A stretch of 64,000 nucleotides of DNA from Oscillospiraceae bacterium (lineage in GTDB: Bacteria > Bacillota > Clostridia > Oscillospirales > CAG-272), in NCBI GenBank assembly GCA_022009675.1, contig CP091718.1, positions 1,373,520 through 1,437,519 on the forward strand, given 5' to 3'. Below are positions 37,488 through 47,850 of the stretch, piece by piece. Every line of letters starts with the position of its first letter. The first letter of the stretch is position 1. The notes under the pieces were generated by a model that searched no databases, was not told the origin of the DNA, and saw only the letters and a list, made by a program, of their open reading frames with translations. The translations under genes were made by a program, and so were the position numbers.

Positions 37488-38639
37488 TTACCAGATCCGG
37501 CGGTAGATCTCCATGACCTCTTCCTTGAGAGGCTTGCGGGGATTGGTGGCGGTGCAACCGTCGGCAAGGGCGGCTTCAGCCATGGATTCAATCGCCGCCT
37601 CGTACTGCTCCTGCGTGATCTTACCTGCCGTCGCGGCAGAAACGGACTTGGGAATGTTCATTTCCTCGTTGAGGAAGTGGATATAGCTGATGAGCGACCG
37701 GACGGTCGTGACCTCGTTGAGGTTGTTCACGCCGAGAATGCGCGCCATGTTGCAGTACTTGCGCACGCAGGCGGGATACTCGCCCTGCGAGCGCGACACG
37801 GGACCGATGCCGGTGTTGTACTCCACGATGTGGGGGAGCAGGATGGCGTTGGCGCGTCCGTGCGGGATGTGGAAGCGCGCGCCCAGCTGATGCGCCATGC
37901 CGTGGTTCAGACCCAGCGATACCGAGTTGAACGCCAGTCCTGCCAGGCAGGAAGCGATGTGCATCTTGCGCCGCGCGTGCGTGTCCTGGTTGCTGCTGTA
38001 AGAGCGATACAGGAACTGCCCGATGATCTCCACAGCCTTCTCTGCCAGAGCACCGGAGAATTCGTTGTTGTTGATGCTGACGTATGCCTCCAGCGCGTGG
38101 GTCAGGACGTCCATGCCGGTGTCTGCCGTGACCGATGCAGGCACGCTCTTGACCAGCTCCTCGTCCAGAATCGCCTCGTCAGGCGTCAGGCTTTCGGAGA
38201 CAAGCGGGTACTTGCGTCCGGCGGCAGGATCGGCGATGACGGCAAAGGAAGTCACCTCGCTGCCGGTGCCGCTGGTGGTCGGGATGGCAATCAGGTGGGG
38301 CGCATAGCCCTCGGTCATCTTGCCGGCAAAGATACGGATCGCCTTGGCGGTGTCGATGGCGGAGCCGCCGCCGACGGCGATGATGCAGGGCGCCTTCTTT
38401 TCCGAGACGGCGGCGATGCCGTTTATGACCTTCTCAATGGGCGGGTCGGGCACAACGTCAGTGAACACGTCAAAGGCGATGCCTGCACGTGTCAGCGGGT
38501 CGGTGACCAGCTTAATCATGCCGGAGGAAACAACGAAGGGGTCGGAGACGATGAAGACCCGGTCATAGTGCAGCTGGGCAAGCCTGTCCAGCGCCCGTTC
38601 ACCGAAATAGACTTCTGTGTTTACGTGAAATTCTTTCAT
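37488..38639 (-). CDS. Iron-containing alcohol dehydrogenase (PduQ/EutG-like)
   Basis: GGGSAIDTAK, and metal-site regions VLTHALEAY and HGMAH...HGRANA. Intact at 383 aa. Confidence 0.85.
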   Translation of the reverse strand: MKEFHVNTEVYFGERALDRLAQLHYDRVFIVSDPFVVSSGMIKLVTDPLTRAGIAFDVFTDVVPDPPIEKVINGIAAVSEKKAPCIIAVGGGSAIDTAKAIRIFAGKMTEGYAPHLIAIPTTSGTGSEVTSFAVIADPAAGRKYPLVSESLTPDEAILDEELVKSVPASVTADTGMDVLTHALEAYVSINNNEFSGALAEKAVEIIGQFLYRSYSSNQDTHARRKMHIASCLAGLAFNSVSLGLNHGMAHQLGARFHIPHGRANAILLPHIVEYNTGIGPVSRSQGEYPACVRKYCNMARILGVNNLNEVTTVRSLISYIHFLNEEMNIPKSVSAATAGKITQEQYEAAIESMAEAALADGCTATNPRKPLKEEVMEIYRRIW

Positions 38640-38697
38640 GGGTATGCGTATCCTTTCGTCGGATGGTTTGTATATATTAGGGGAGGGAAGCAGAAGA

Positions 38698-39282
38698 TTA
38701 TGTATCGGCGTTGTTCCCGATTACACGTTCCGCCATGCGCAGAAGCCGTTCGCGCAACCAGTCCGGCTCTACGATGCGGATGCCGGAACGTGCGGTCAGA
38801 ATGGCGCACAGGAAGCGGTCGATGTTGCGGAACTCACACAGATAGGTGCCGGCGCGTTCGCGGGAGAGAATGTAGCTCCGCATTTCCAGAACCGTCAGCC
38901 TGTCCTCGATCCGCAGAACGGCGGTATAAGGAATCTGGCTCTGGATGATGACGCTGTCCGCCTCGGGGTGCTCGGCGCCGTCTTGCGTATCGGCGAAGCC
39001 GTTGTCCCGGACGTGTGACCGGGACTCATCGTTCTCAGACACCAGTATCACCGGCAGGGAGAACGGAGTCGTGTATGCATACCCCTGCCGACCGGCATCA
39101 TATTGCAGGGGCGCACCCAGATCGGTGCGCATGTATGTGATGTCGCGCTGCGCCTGCCGCACGGATATGTCGAACCGCTCGGAGAGCCGCGCCGCGTTGG
39201 GGTATGTTTTCCGCGTCAGCTCGTCGTGGAACCACTGGATGCGGATGTAAGGAGACACTTTCATGGCTGTCCCACTGCTCAC
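38698..39282 (-). CDS. YafY/PafC-like HTH transcriptional regulator (short form)
   Basis: N-terminal HTH YPNAARLSERFDISVRQAQRDITYMRTDLGAPLQYD, and a C-terminal IRIVEPDWLRERLL (WCX-like). The GTG start overlaps the upstream stop. Confidence 0.6.
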   Translation of the reverse strand: MSSGTAMKVSPYIRIQWFHDELTRKTYPNAARLSERFDISVRQAQRDITYMRTDLGAPLQYDAGRQGYAYTTPFSLPVILVSENDESRSHVRDNGFADTQDGAEHPEADSVIIQSQIPYTAVLRIEDRLTVLEMRSYILSRERAGTYLCEFRNIDRFLCAILTARSGIRIVEPDWLRERLLRMAERVIGNNADT

Positions 39283-40145
39283 ATCTGCGGAGGCAGGTCG
39301 TCCGTGACGTCCCCCTCGTTGGCTTCCGGCTCCGCTTCAACCGGGACATCGGATGCCCCGGCGGCGAACACGCACTGCGCCAGCCGAATCAGCATATATA
39401 CCCCCATCAGGGCAGAGAAGCAGAGGTACACGAAATACAGCTGACCGCCTTCGGCGCGTCCGGAGGGAATGCACCCGGCGATCCGGGCGATCAGGCAGGG
39501 GAGTGCCCCCGCCACACCGAAGAAGGATCCGGCAGACAGGACAGTCAGCGCCAGACGCGGCGCCGGCTTGCAAAGCAGCATACGCAGATCGGCTGTCATG
39601 CCCAGCATAACGCCGGCGCAGGCGAACTGTACTGCCAGTTTGACCGGGCTGTTCATGGTGACGTAGGGGTCGTTGTAGGTGCGCCCGATGACGAGCATGC
39701 AGAGCAGGATCACGGCAAAGCCGAGCAGTCCGCGCACGTTCCTGCTGCCCACGCCGAGCAGCGCGAGCAGAAAGTGTGCGGCGGCACATACCGCCAGCAC
39801 GGCACCCAGGATGGGGGTAACTGCCTTGCCGGAACTGCTTTGCAGGAAAAACGGGACGGTTATCAGGGATGCGATCAGCGGAACAGAGGCAGCCAGGTCA
39901 CGCCCGACGCCGATGCGCGGGGCGGACAGACTGCCCTCCGGAATGAGCATACCGCACACCGCCGGGATCAGCACAATGCACAGGCACAGTACCCGGTACA
40001 CGACCGTCACGGCGGCACTGCGGAAATACCCGATGTCGCCATCATAGCCGGTGAGGAATGCCGCAGTGCGCAGACAAACGGCTGCCAGCGTCAATGCCGC
40101 AACCGACCAGAAAGCAACGCGAGGGAGCACCCGTGCCTTGTTCAT
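39279..40145 (-). CDS. Polytopic membrane protein, unknown function
   Basis: About 8 hydrophobic segments. Intact 288-aa ORF; first gene of a three-gene minus-strand unit. Confidence 0.5.
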   Translation of the reverse strand: MNKARVLPRVAFWSVAALTLAAVCLRTAAFLTGYDGDIGYFRSAAVTVVYRVLCLCIVLIPAVCGMLIPEGSLSAPRIGVGRDLAASVPLIASLITVPFFLQSSSGKAVTPILGAVLAVCAAAHFLLALLGVGSRNVRGLLGFAVILLCMLVIGRTYNDPYVTMNSPVKLAVQFACAGVMLGMTADLRMLLCKPAPRLALTVLSAGSFFGVAGALPCLIARIAGCIPSGRAEGGQLYFVYLCFSALMGVYMLIRLAQCVFAAGASDVPVEAEPEANEGDVTDDLPPQM

Positions 40146-40465
40146 GACAGATACCTTCCTTAATATAACAGCAGCTACAGCAACAACCCGGAATGACAGC
40201 GCCGCAGGCGCCCGCTTTTGCTCTCTGCATTCATCCGTATATTATACCGCGAATTTGTGAATAAATTGTATCAGAAATGGCGATCGAGAAACTTTTTTTG
40301 CGTTTTTTTCGTCCGAAACGGCAGCCGTACCAAACTGTGCGGGCGGAATACGGAGCCGAGGCACCCTACAAGCGATGACGCGGCATTGTGCGAATTGCAT
40401 AAATGACGGCGCACAAAACCGCTGAAATTCTGCACGTAAACCGCCTGCAAAGTTTTGAATTTCTC

Positions 40466-40494
40466 TTGCAATTACCTGCGGTTTATGGTATAAT
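40466..40494 (+). promoter_or_regulatory. Sigma-70 promoter of the S10 operon
   Basis: TTGCAA (40466-40471), 17-nt spacer, TATAAT (40489-40494). Confidence 0.6.
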
Positions 40495-40640
40495 CTGAAA
40501 GCTTGATGTGCGTAGATGTGAGAGGTTGCCTGCCGGTTTACCGAGACCGGACAGGGGAATTTTCACGGAGTATGTCCGAAAATCGGGCGAAGCAGTTCAG
40601 CCTGCTGCCCGCGCGCGCCTTGCTTTCCACGAAAGAGAAT

Positions 40641-40662
40641 GGCGGTTGACCGCCGTTTTTTT
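40641..40662 (+). terminator. Intrinsic-terminator-like hairpin inside the ~305-nt S10 leader (candidate attenuator)
   Basis: ggcgg / ttga / ccgcc, then g and a T7 run. Confidence 0.5.
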
Positions 40663-40799
40663 ACAGGGGACGCAAGAAACGCCCGGGAGCGTGCTGAATC
40701 GGTCAGCCCTCGCTTCACACATCGTGCCGGGGAATCAATTTTTCTGTATCGGTCAAGGAAAATCCGCGGCGCGAAATCTGAAAAGGAGGCAGAAAACAA

Positions 40800-41111
40800 A
40801 TGGCACTGAAAGAGAAGATCAGAGTCCGGCTCAAGAGCTACGATCACACCCTCATCGACACGGCGGCAGAAAAGATTGTCGCAGTGGCGAAGGCGAACGG
40901 CTGTGAGGTTTCGGGTCCCATCCCGCTCCCCACTGACCGCGAGATCGTCACCATCCTGCGGTCCGTCCATGTCAACAAGGACAGCCGCGAGCAGTTCGAG
41001 TACCGGACCCACAAGAGACTCATCGACATCATGAAGCCGTCTCAGAAGACAGTGGACGCTCTGATGAACACAGAGCTGCCCGCCGGCGTTGAGCTCGAAG
41101 TCAGACTGTAA
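40800..41111 (+). CDS. rpsJ: 30S ribosomal protein S10
   Basis: [22 protein letters not shown]...RTHKRLIDI. Confidence 0.95.
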   Translation: MALKEKIRVRLKSYDHTLIDTAAEKIVAVAKANGCEVSGPIPLPTDREIVTILRSVHVNKDSREQFEYRTHKRLIDIMKPSQKTVDALMNTELPAGVELEVRL

Positions 41112-41328
41112 TCAAGCGCCTGACTCCGACCGGAGCGCCGGAACCCGGTTGCATCGCCGCGACCGGCGCCGGAGAAAGACCGGCACAATTTCCACCAGGC
41201 GCCTGTCGCAGGCGCAGCAAAGACAACAGCCGAGGGAGCTTTTCTCCGGTTCGGCAACTTTGTAAGTCATGTTGACCGCCGCCGCATGACGGCAGCCAAC
41301 CAATAATTTACAGGAGGAAAAACAGCAA

Positions 41329-41964
41329 ATGAAAAAAAGGGCATTATCGGTAAGAAAATCGGTATGACACAGATCTTTGACGAGAACGGAAACGTGATTC
41401 CCGTGACCGTCGTGGAAGCTGGTCCCTGCGTGGTCGCTCAGAAGAAGACCACCGAAAAACGACGGCTATGACGCCGTTCAGCTTGGTTTCATGGATGCGA
41501 AGGCGAAGCAGACAACCAAGGCTGAGAAAGGTCATTTCGAAAAGAACCAACTCAGCGTCAAGAAGCACCTCAAGGAGTTCCGCTTCGATGACTGCTCCGG
41601 CTACAACGTGGGCGATGTCATTACAGTCGATACCTTCGCCGCAGGCGACAAGGTCGACGTTACGGGTATGACAAAGGGTCACGGTTTCTCCGGTGTCGTC
41701 AAGAGATGGGGCTGCCACAAGCTCAGAATGACGCACGGTGTGGGCCCTGTGCACCGCCAGCCCGGTTCCATGGGCGCAAACTCCACCCCGTCCCGCATTT
41801 ACAAGAATAAGAAAATGGCAGGACAGTACGGTAACGTGCAGGTCACGGTTCAGAATCTGAAGGTTGTCCGCATCGATACCGAAAAGAACCTGATTGCAAT
41901 CAAGGGTGCCGTTCCCGGCGCCAAGAACGGCATCGTGTTCCTCCGCGATTCGGTAAAAGCGTAA
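41329..41964 (+). CDS. rplC: 50S ribosomal protein L3 (two compensating frame breaks)
   Basis: The repaired N-terminus is [39 protein letters not shown]. Breaks are at the A7 run 41332-41338 and the A5 run near 41453-41458. The remainder is ORF 41491..41964. Confidence 0.9.
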
Positions 41965-41985
41965 GCGGAAGGAGGAAACTGAATC

Positions 41986-42612
41986 ATGGCAAATGTAAAA
42001 GTATTTAACATGGCCGGCCAGGAGGTCGGAACCATGGAGCTGTCCGACGTCATCTTCGGCGCGGATATCAACGGAGCCGTCCTTCATGCCGCAGTCAGAG
42101 CGTACCTTCTCAATCAGAGACAGGGCACTCAGTCCACGCTGACCCGCACCGAGGTTTCCGGCGGCGGCAGAAAGCCCTGGAGACAGAAGGGCACCGGTCG
42201 CGCCCGTCAGGGTTCCACCCGTTCTCCCCAGTGGACACACGGCGGTATCGCGCTGGGTCCCAAGCCCCGCAGCTACCGCACCGGTCTGAATAAGAAGACC
42301 CGCAGAGCGGCTCTGTTCGGCGCTCTGTCCGCCAAGGTCGCGGAGGGTAAGCTCATCGTGCTGGACGATCTGACCTGCACCGAGTATAAGACCCGCCCGA
42401 TGGTGGCTATGCTGAACGCGCTGGGTGTGGACAGCCGCGCCCTGATCGTCATGCCGGAGGTCAATCCCTTCGCCGTGAAGAGCTGCGCAAACCTGCCCCG
42501 CGTCGAGACGTCGCTTGCCACCAACCTGAATGTCTATGAGGTCATGAAGGCAGACAAGATGGTCATCACCGCCGCGGCTGTCAAGAAGCTCGAGGAGGTA
42601 TACAACAAATGA
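41986..42612 (+). CDS. rplD: 50S ribosomal protein L4
   Basis: [19 protein letters not shown]. Confidence 0.95.
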   Translation: MANVKVFNMAGQEVGTMELSDVIFGADINGAVLHAAVRAYLLNQRQGTQSTLTRTEVSGGGRKPWRQKGTGRARQGSTRSPQWTHGGIALGPKPRSYRTGLNKKTRRAALFGALSAKVAEGKLIVLDDLTCTEYKTRPMVAMLNALGVDSRALIVMPEVNPFAVKSCANLPRVETSLATNLNVYEVMKADKMVITAAAVKKLEEVYNK

Positions 42613-42920
42613 AACGGATCGAAGATGTCATCATTAAGCCGGTGATCTCCGAGGCCTCCATGGATATGCTGTCTCAGGAGGAGGGGAAGGCGAAAAAGTA
42701 CGTCTTCCACGTTCACTCTGCGGCAACCAAGCCCGAGATCGCAGCCGCCGTTGAGTATATGTTCGCCGGCACCAAAGTGGCGAGCGTCAACGTCATCAAC
42801 ATGAAGAAGAAGCCGAAGAGAATGGGTGTGCATTTCGGATACACCTCCGAGTGGAAGAAAGCCATCGTCACCCTGACGGCGGATTCCAAGACCATCGAGT
42901 TCTTCGAGGGTCTGAACTAA
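42609..42920 (+). CDS. rplW: 50S ribosomal protein L23
   Basis: Conserved position, plus the sequence [14 protein letters not shown]...KKAIVTL. Confidence 0.9.
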   Translation: MKRIEDVIIKPVISEASMDMLSQEEGKAKKYVFHVHSAATKPEIAAAVEYMFAGTKVASVNVINMKKKPKRMGVHFGYTSEWKKAIVTLTADSKTIEFFEGLN

Positions 42921-42938
42921 GCGGAGGAGGTTGAAGAA

Positions 42939-43771
42939 ATGGCAACGATTAAGTACAAACCCACAACACCCGCCAGACGGAATATGACGGTTCCCGCCTA
43001 CGGTCAGATCATCACCAAGGATACGCCCGAGAAGAGCCTGGTTGTTATCAAGAAGAAGCACGCCGGACGCAACAGCTACGGCCGCATCACCGTCCGTCAC
43101 AGAGGCGGCGGTAACAAGATCAAGTACCGTATCATTGACTTCAAGCGCGCGGATAACACCCCCAATACCGTCATCGCCATCGAGTACGACCCCAACCGTA
43201 CCGCCTACATCGCTCTGTTGCAGAACGAGGCAGGCACCAAGAGCTACATCATCGCACCGGATGGTCTGAAGGTCGGCGATGTGATCTACTCCGGCTCGAA
43301 TGCCGATATCAAGGTCGGCAACGCACTTCCCCTGACCAACATCCCCACCGGTACCTTCATCCACAACGTGGAGCTGTACCCCGGCAAGGGCGCGCAGCTG
43401 GTCCGTTCCGCAGGCGTTTTCGCACAGCTGATCGCGAAGGAAAACGGCGTGGCACAGGTGAGTCTGCCCTCCGGCGAGGTGCGCCTCATCCGGCTGGACT
43501 GCAAGGCGACCATCGGCCAGGTCGGCAACGTCGAGCACGACACCGTGAAGGTCGGCAAGGCAGGTAAGACCCGTCATAAGGGTATCCGCCCGACTGTCCG
43601 CGGTTCGGTTATGAACCCCTGCGACCACCCGCACGGCGGTGGTGAGGGTAAGTCCCCATCGGTCATCCGTCGCCCGTTACCCCTTGGGGTAAGCCCGCGC
43701 TGGGTTATAAGACGAGAAACAAGAAGGCGCGCACCGACAAGTTGATCGTCAAGCGCAGAAACGCTAAATAA
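42939..43771 (+). CDS. rplB: 50S ribosomal protein L2 (frame break near 43648-43655)
   Basis: [12 protein letters not shown] and [56 protein letters not shown] at 43769-43771. Confidence 0.9.
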
Positions 43772-43785
43772 GGAGGGAATATATC

Positions 43786-44061
43786 ATGAGCAGAAGCTTG
43801 AAGAAGGCTCCGTATGTGGAAGCAAAGCTGTACGCACGGATTTGCGCCATGAACGAGAAGCATGAGAAGAAGGTGCTCAAGACCTGGTCGAGAGCATCCA
43901 CTATATTCCCGGAATTTGTCGGTCACACCATCGCGGTTCACGACGGTAAGAAGCACATTCCGGTGTATATCACGGAAGATATGGTCGGACACAAGCTGGG
44001 CGAGTTCGCACCCACCCGCACGTTCAAGGGCCACTCCGGAACCAAGACCGCGAACTCGTAA
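43786..44061 (+). CDS. rpsS: 30S ribosomal protein S19
   Basis: [11 protein letters not shown]...[38 protein letters not shown]. Confidence 0.95.
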   Translation: MSRSLKKAPYVEAKLYARICAMNEKHEKKVLKTWSRASTIFPEFVGHTIAVHDGKKHIPVYITEDMVGHKLGEFAPTRTFKGHSGTKTANS

Positions 44062-44077
44062 GGGAGGAGACTGAAAC

Positions 44078-44413
44078 ATGGAAGCAGTTGCATATCTGAA
44101 GCATGCCAGAATCTCTCCCCGCAAGGTACAGATTGTTCTGGATCTCATTCGCGGCAAGGATACCGATACGGCTATGGCAATCCTGAAGAACACCCGCCGC
44201 GGCGCCTCTGAGTACCTGATTAAGTTGCTGAAGAGCGCGGTGGCAAACGCCGAAAACAATTTCCAGATGGACGCCTCGAAGCTGTATGTCTCCGAGTGCT
44301 TCGTTACCCCCGGACCTACCATGAAACGCATGCTGCCTCGTGCCAAGGGAAGCGCCGACCGCATCCTCAAGAGAACCAGCCATGTGACCATCGTGGTCAA
44401 GGAAAAAGACTGA
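44078..44413 (+). CDS. rplV: 50S ribosomal protein L22
   Basis: [18 protein letters not shown]. Confidence 0.95.
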   Translation: MEAVAYLKHARISPRKVQIVLDLIRGKDTDTAMAILKNTRRGASEYLIKLLKSAVANAENNFQMDASKLYVSECFVTPGPTMKRMLPRAKGSADRILKRTSHVTIVVKEKD

Positions 44414-44432
44414 GAAAGGGAGGCCAGAATCA

Positions 44433-45364
44433 ATGGGACAGAAAGTCAATCCCCACGGCATGCGCGTGGGTGTCATCAAGAACTGGGACTCCAGATGGTA
44501 CGCAAGTAAGGAGTACTTCGGCGACACCCTCGTGTCCGACTACCAGATCCGCAAGTACCTGAAGAAGGCGTTGCAGGATGCCGGTATCCCCAAGATCGAG
44601 ATCGAGCGTGACGCGCGCCGCGTGCGCGTGTTCATCCACTGCGCTAAGCCGGGCATGGTCATCGGCAAGGGCGGCAGCGAGATCGACAACTACAAGAAGG
44701 AGCTGGAGAAGATGACGGGTATGCCCGTCTCACTCAAGGTCGTTGAGATCCGCCAGCCCGACCTGAATGCCCAGCTCGTGGCAGAGAACGTCTGCGCTCA
44801 GCTGGAGCGCCGCACGTCCTTCCGCCGTGCCATGAAGATGGCAATCCGCAACACCATGCGGAACGGCGCCAAGGGTATCAAGATCGCCTGCTCCGGCCGT
44901 CTGGGCGGAGCCGAGATCGCACGTGCCGAGCACTACCATGAGGGTACTATCCCGCTGCAGACCCTGCGTGCGGACATCGACTACGGCTTCTGGGAAGCCA
45001 ATACCACCTACGGCAAGATCGGCGTAAAGGTCTGGATCTACAAGGGCGAGATCCTCAGCGAGGTCAACCGCTCTGCGGCTGCCGCTGACGGCGCTGCCCG
45101 CCCGGACCGCAAGCCCGGTGAGCGCCGCGACCGCCGTCCCGGCGGAGACCGCCGCCCCGGTGGCGACCGTCGCCCCAGCGGTGATCGCCGTCCCTAGCGG
45201 AGACCGCCGCCCCGGTGGTGACCGTCGCCCCGGCGGAGACCGCCGCTTCGGCGACCGCAACGGCAAGCCTGCCAACGTGCGTCCCGCCGAGAGAACCCCG
45301 AGAACCGTTGCCGCTCCGGCGGCAGCTCCTGCCACTGCCCCCGAAAGAAGGAGGCGAGAACTGA
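44433..45364 (+). CDS. rpsC: 30S ribosomal protein S3 with a long tandem GDRRP-type C-terminal tail (at least two frame breaks in the tail)
   Basis: [13 protein letters not shown], plus the KH and S3_C core. The listed ORF stops at TAG 45195-45197, created by an extra T. The repeat continues in the next frame ([26 protein letters not shown]...). The probable true stop is TGA 45362-45364. Confidence 0.85.
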
Positions 45365-45366
45365 TT

Positions 45367-45786
45367 ATGTTGATGCCCAAGAGAACAAAGTTCCGCCGTG
45401 TACAGCGCGGAAGAATGAAGGGTAAGGCAAGCCGCGGCACCACCCTTTCCTACGGCAGCTACGGCCTGATGGCGACTGAGCCCGCATGGATTTCCAGCGT
45501 GCAGATCGAGGCAGCCCGTATCGCTATGACGCGGTACATCAAGCGTGGCGGACAGGTCTGGATCAAGATCTTCCCCGACAAGCCTATCACCGAGAAGCCT
45601 GCCGAGACCCGAATGGGTTCCGGTAAGGGCTCCGTTGAGTACTGGGTCGCTGTTGTGAAGCCCGGCCGCATTATGTTCGAGATGGACGGTATTGATGAGG
45701 CAACTGCCAAGGAGGCTATGCGCCTTGCCAGCAACAAGCTCCCCATCAAGACCAAGTTCGTCACCAAAGCAGCAGAGGAGGCGTAA
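45367..45786 (+). CDS. rplP: 50S ribosomal protein L16
   Basis: [21 protein letters not shown]. Confidence 0.95.
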   Translation: MLMPKRTKFRRVQRGRMKGKASRGTTLSYGSYGLMATEPAWISSVQIEAARIAMTRYIKRGGQVWIKIFPDKPITEKPAETRMGSGKGSVEYWVAVVKPGRIMFEMDGIDEATAKEAMRLASNKLPIKTKFVTKAAEEA

Positions 45787-45789
45787 GTC

Positions 45790-45978
45790 ATGAAGGCAGA
45801 AGAACTGAGAAAACTGACGGCTCCTGAGCTTGAGACCAAGCTCGGCGAGCTGAAGAAAGAGCTTTTCAACCTCCGCTTCCAGCACGCGATCAACCAGCTT
45901 GACAATCCTCACCAGATCACCGAGGTCAAGCATGACATCGCACGAGTAATGACCGTTCTCAACGAGAAGAACGCGTAA
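45790..45978 (+). CDS. rpmC: 50S ribosomal protein L29
   Basis: [27 protein letters not shown]. Confidence 0.95.
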   Translation: MKAEELRKLTAPELETKLGELKKELFNLRFQHAINQLDNPHQITEVKHDIARVMTVLNEKNA

Positions 45979-45993
45979 CGAGGAGGAATTGTC

Positions 45994-46254
45994 ATGACAC
46001 AGGAAAGAGCACTGAGAAAGACGCGTGTCGGCATCGTTGTCAGCGACAAGATGGACAAGACTGCCGTCGTCGCCATTGAGGACAATGTAAAACACCCCGT
46101 TTACGGCAAGATCATCAAACACACGCTGAAGATTCACGCACACGACGAAAACAACGAGTGCGGCGTCGGCGACCGCGTCGAGGTTATGGAGACCAGACCC
46201 ATGTCCAAGACCAAGAGATGGAGACTGGTTCGGATCATCGAAAAGGCGAAGTAA
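45994..46254 (+). CDS. rpsQ: 30S ribosomal protein S17
   Basis: [19 protein letters not shown]...[13 protein letters not shown]. Confidence 0.95.
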   Translation: MTQERALRKTRVGIVVSDKMDKTAVVAIEDNVKHPVYGKIIKHTLKIHAHDENNECGVGDRVEVMETRPMSKTKRWRLVRIIEKAK

Positions 46255-46368
46255 GCCAACTGCACACAAGCTGCGCTACCTGCCACGGAGCCCGGCAGGA
46301 TAAACGGGGGTTCCGGAATTCGAATAGTAGATACGTTGTGGCGTACTGAAACAGTAGGAGGAAGAAAA

Positions 46369-46737
46369 GTGATTCAGCAACAAACACTGATGAAAGTTGC
46401 CGATAACACCGGTGCCAAAGAGCTGATGTGCATCCGCGTACTGGGCGGCTCCGGCCGTCGCTACGCGAACATCGGCGACGTGGTGGTGGCCTGCGTGAAG
46501 AAAGCGGCTGCCGGCGGCACCGCCAAGAAGGGCGAGGTCGTCAAGGCTGTCATCGTCAGAAGCACCCACGGCGTCCACCGTGCGGACGGCTCGTACATCA
46601 AGTTCGATGAGAACGCCGCCGTCATCATCAAGGACGACAAGACCCCGCGCGGCACCCGTATCTTCGGGCCTGTCGCCAGAGAGCTTCGTGAGAAGGATTA
46701 CCTCAAGATCCTGTCGCTGGCTCCGGAAGTACTGTAA
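46369..46737 (+). CDS. rplN: 50S ribosomal protein L14 (GTG start)
   Basis: [34 protein letters not shown] lies 7 nt upstream of GTG 46369. Confidence 0.9.
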   Translation: MIQQQTLMKVADNTGAKELMCIRVLGGSGRRYANIGDVVVACVKKAAAGGTAKKGEVVKAVIVRSTHGVHRADGSYIKFDENAAVIIKDDKTPRGTRIFGPVARELREKDYLKILSLAPEVL

Positions 46738-46752
46738 GGAGGTATCGCACAA

Positions 46753-47088
46753 ATGGCTAATCTTCATATCAAAAAGGGCGATACCGTCATCGTTCTGAGC
46801 GGAGACGACAAGGGCGTTCAGGGCGAGGTCATCGCTACGTCCCCTGAGGAGGGCAAGGTCCTCGTCAAGGGTGCGAACATCATTCACAAGCACGTCAAGC
46901 CCCGCCGGCAGGGTGAGGCTGGCGGTATCGTGGACGCCGAGGGCGCTATCTACGCCAGCAAGGTCGCCCTGTACTGCCCCGATTGCAAGAAGGGCGTGCG
47001 TACCCACACCGAGACCGTGGACGGCAAGAAGGTCCGCGTTTGCTCCGGCAAGCGCGACGGCGCTCCCTGCGGTCACAAATTTGACTGA
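46753..47088 (+). CDS. rplX: 50S ribosomal protein L24 with a C-terminal Cys-cluster extension
   Basis: KOW motif [16 protein letters not shown]. The tail reads CPDCKK...[13 protein letters not shown]. Confidence 0.9.
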   Translation: MANLHIKKGDTVIVLSGDDKGVQGEVIATSPEEGKVLVKGANIIHKHVKPRRQGEAGGIVDAEGAIYASKVALYCPDCKKGVRTHTETVDGKKVRVCSGKRDGAPCGHKFD

Positions 47089-47102
47089 GGAGGAGAGAGA
47101 TC

Positions 47103-47648
47103 ATGGCAAGAATCAGAGATATGTACACCAGTGAGATCGCTCCTGCCCTCATGCAGCAGTTCGGCTACAAGAGCGTGATGCAGATCCCGAAGCTGGATAA
47201 GGTCGTCATCAATGTCGGCGTCGGCGAAGCCAAGGAGAATTCCAAGGCAATCGACGCGGTCATGAAGGACATCGCCACCATCACCGGTCAGAAGCCCGTC
47301 CCCACCTACGCACGCAAGTCCGTGGCAAACTTCAAGCTCCGTCAGGGGATGAAGATCGGCGCGAAAGTCACCCTTCGCGGCGACCGGATGTATGAATTTA
47401 TGGATCGTTTGTTCAACTTTGCACTGCCCCGCGTGCGTGACTTCAAGGGCATCAATCCCAATGCCTTCGACGGCAGAGGTAACTACTCCCTGGGTCTGAA
47501 GGAACAGCTCCTGTTCCCCGAGATCGAGTACGACAAGGTGGAGAAGATCCGCGGTATGGACATCTGCTTTGTCACCACCGCGCAGAACGACGAGGAGAGC
47601 CCGCGAGCTTCTCCGCCGCATGGGCGCTCCCTTCGCGAAAAAAACTGA
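47103..47648 (+). CDS. rplE: 50S ribosomal protein L5 (short out-of-frame stretch near the 3' end)
   Basis: [31 protein letters not shown]. The tail repairs to ...[18 protein letters not shown] through breaks near 47595-47600 and in the A7 run 47638-47644. Confidence 0.9.
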   Translation: MARIRDMYTSEIAPALMQQFGYKSVMQIPKLDKVVINVGVGEAKENSKAIDAVMKDIATITGQKPVPTYARKSVANFKLRQGMKIGAKVTLRGDRMYEFMDRLFNFALPRVRDFKGINPNAFDGRGNYSLGLKEQLLFPEIEYDKVEKIRGMDICFVTTAQNDEESPRASPPHGRSLREKN

Positions 47649-47663
47649 TGGAGGTAAACGGAA

Positions 47664-47850
47664 ATGGCTAAGAAGTCGATGATTCTGAAGCAGCAGGCAG
47701 AGCCGAAGTTCTCTACCCGCCGCTACAACCGCTGCAAGATCTGCGGTCCGCCCTCACGCGTATCTCCGTAAATTCGGCATCTGCCGTATCTGCTTCCGGA
47801 ATCTTGCCTATAAGGGCGAGATCCCCGGCGTGAAGAAGGCTTCCTGGTAA
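47664..47850 (+). CDS. rpsZ: 30S ribosomal protein S14, type Z (one extra base near 47747-47755)
   Basis: The repaired sequence is [61 protein letters not shown]. Not in the ORF track. Confidence 0.9.

Noticed and set aside
40506-40649. A 47-codon ORF in the S10 leader that ends inside the terminator hairpin, considered as an attenuation leader peptide.
   Set aside because: There is no Shine-Dalgarno sequence upstream and no run of regulatory codons. It is mentioned only within the leader finding.
45118-45786. ORF 45118..45786, which suggests an S3-tail/L16 fusion protein.
   Set aside because: This is an artefact of indels in the S3 repeat tail. rplP has its own AAGGAGG RBS and the canonical [10 protein letters not shown] start at 45367. 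A TGA (45362-45364) is available in the adjacent frame.
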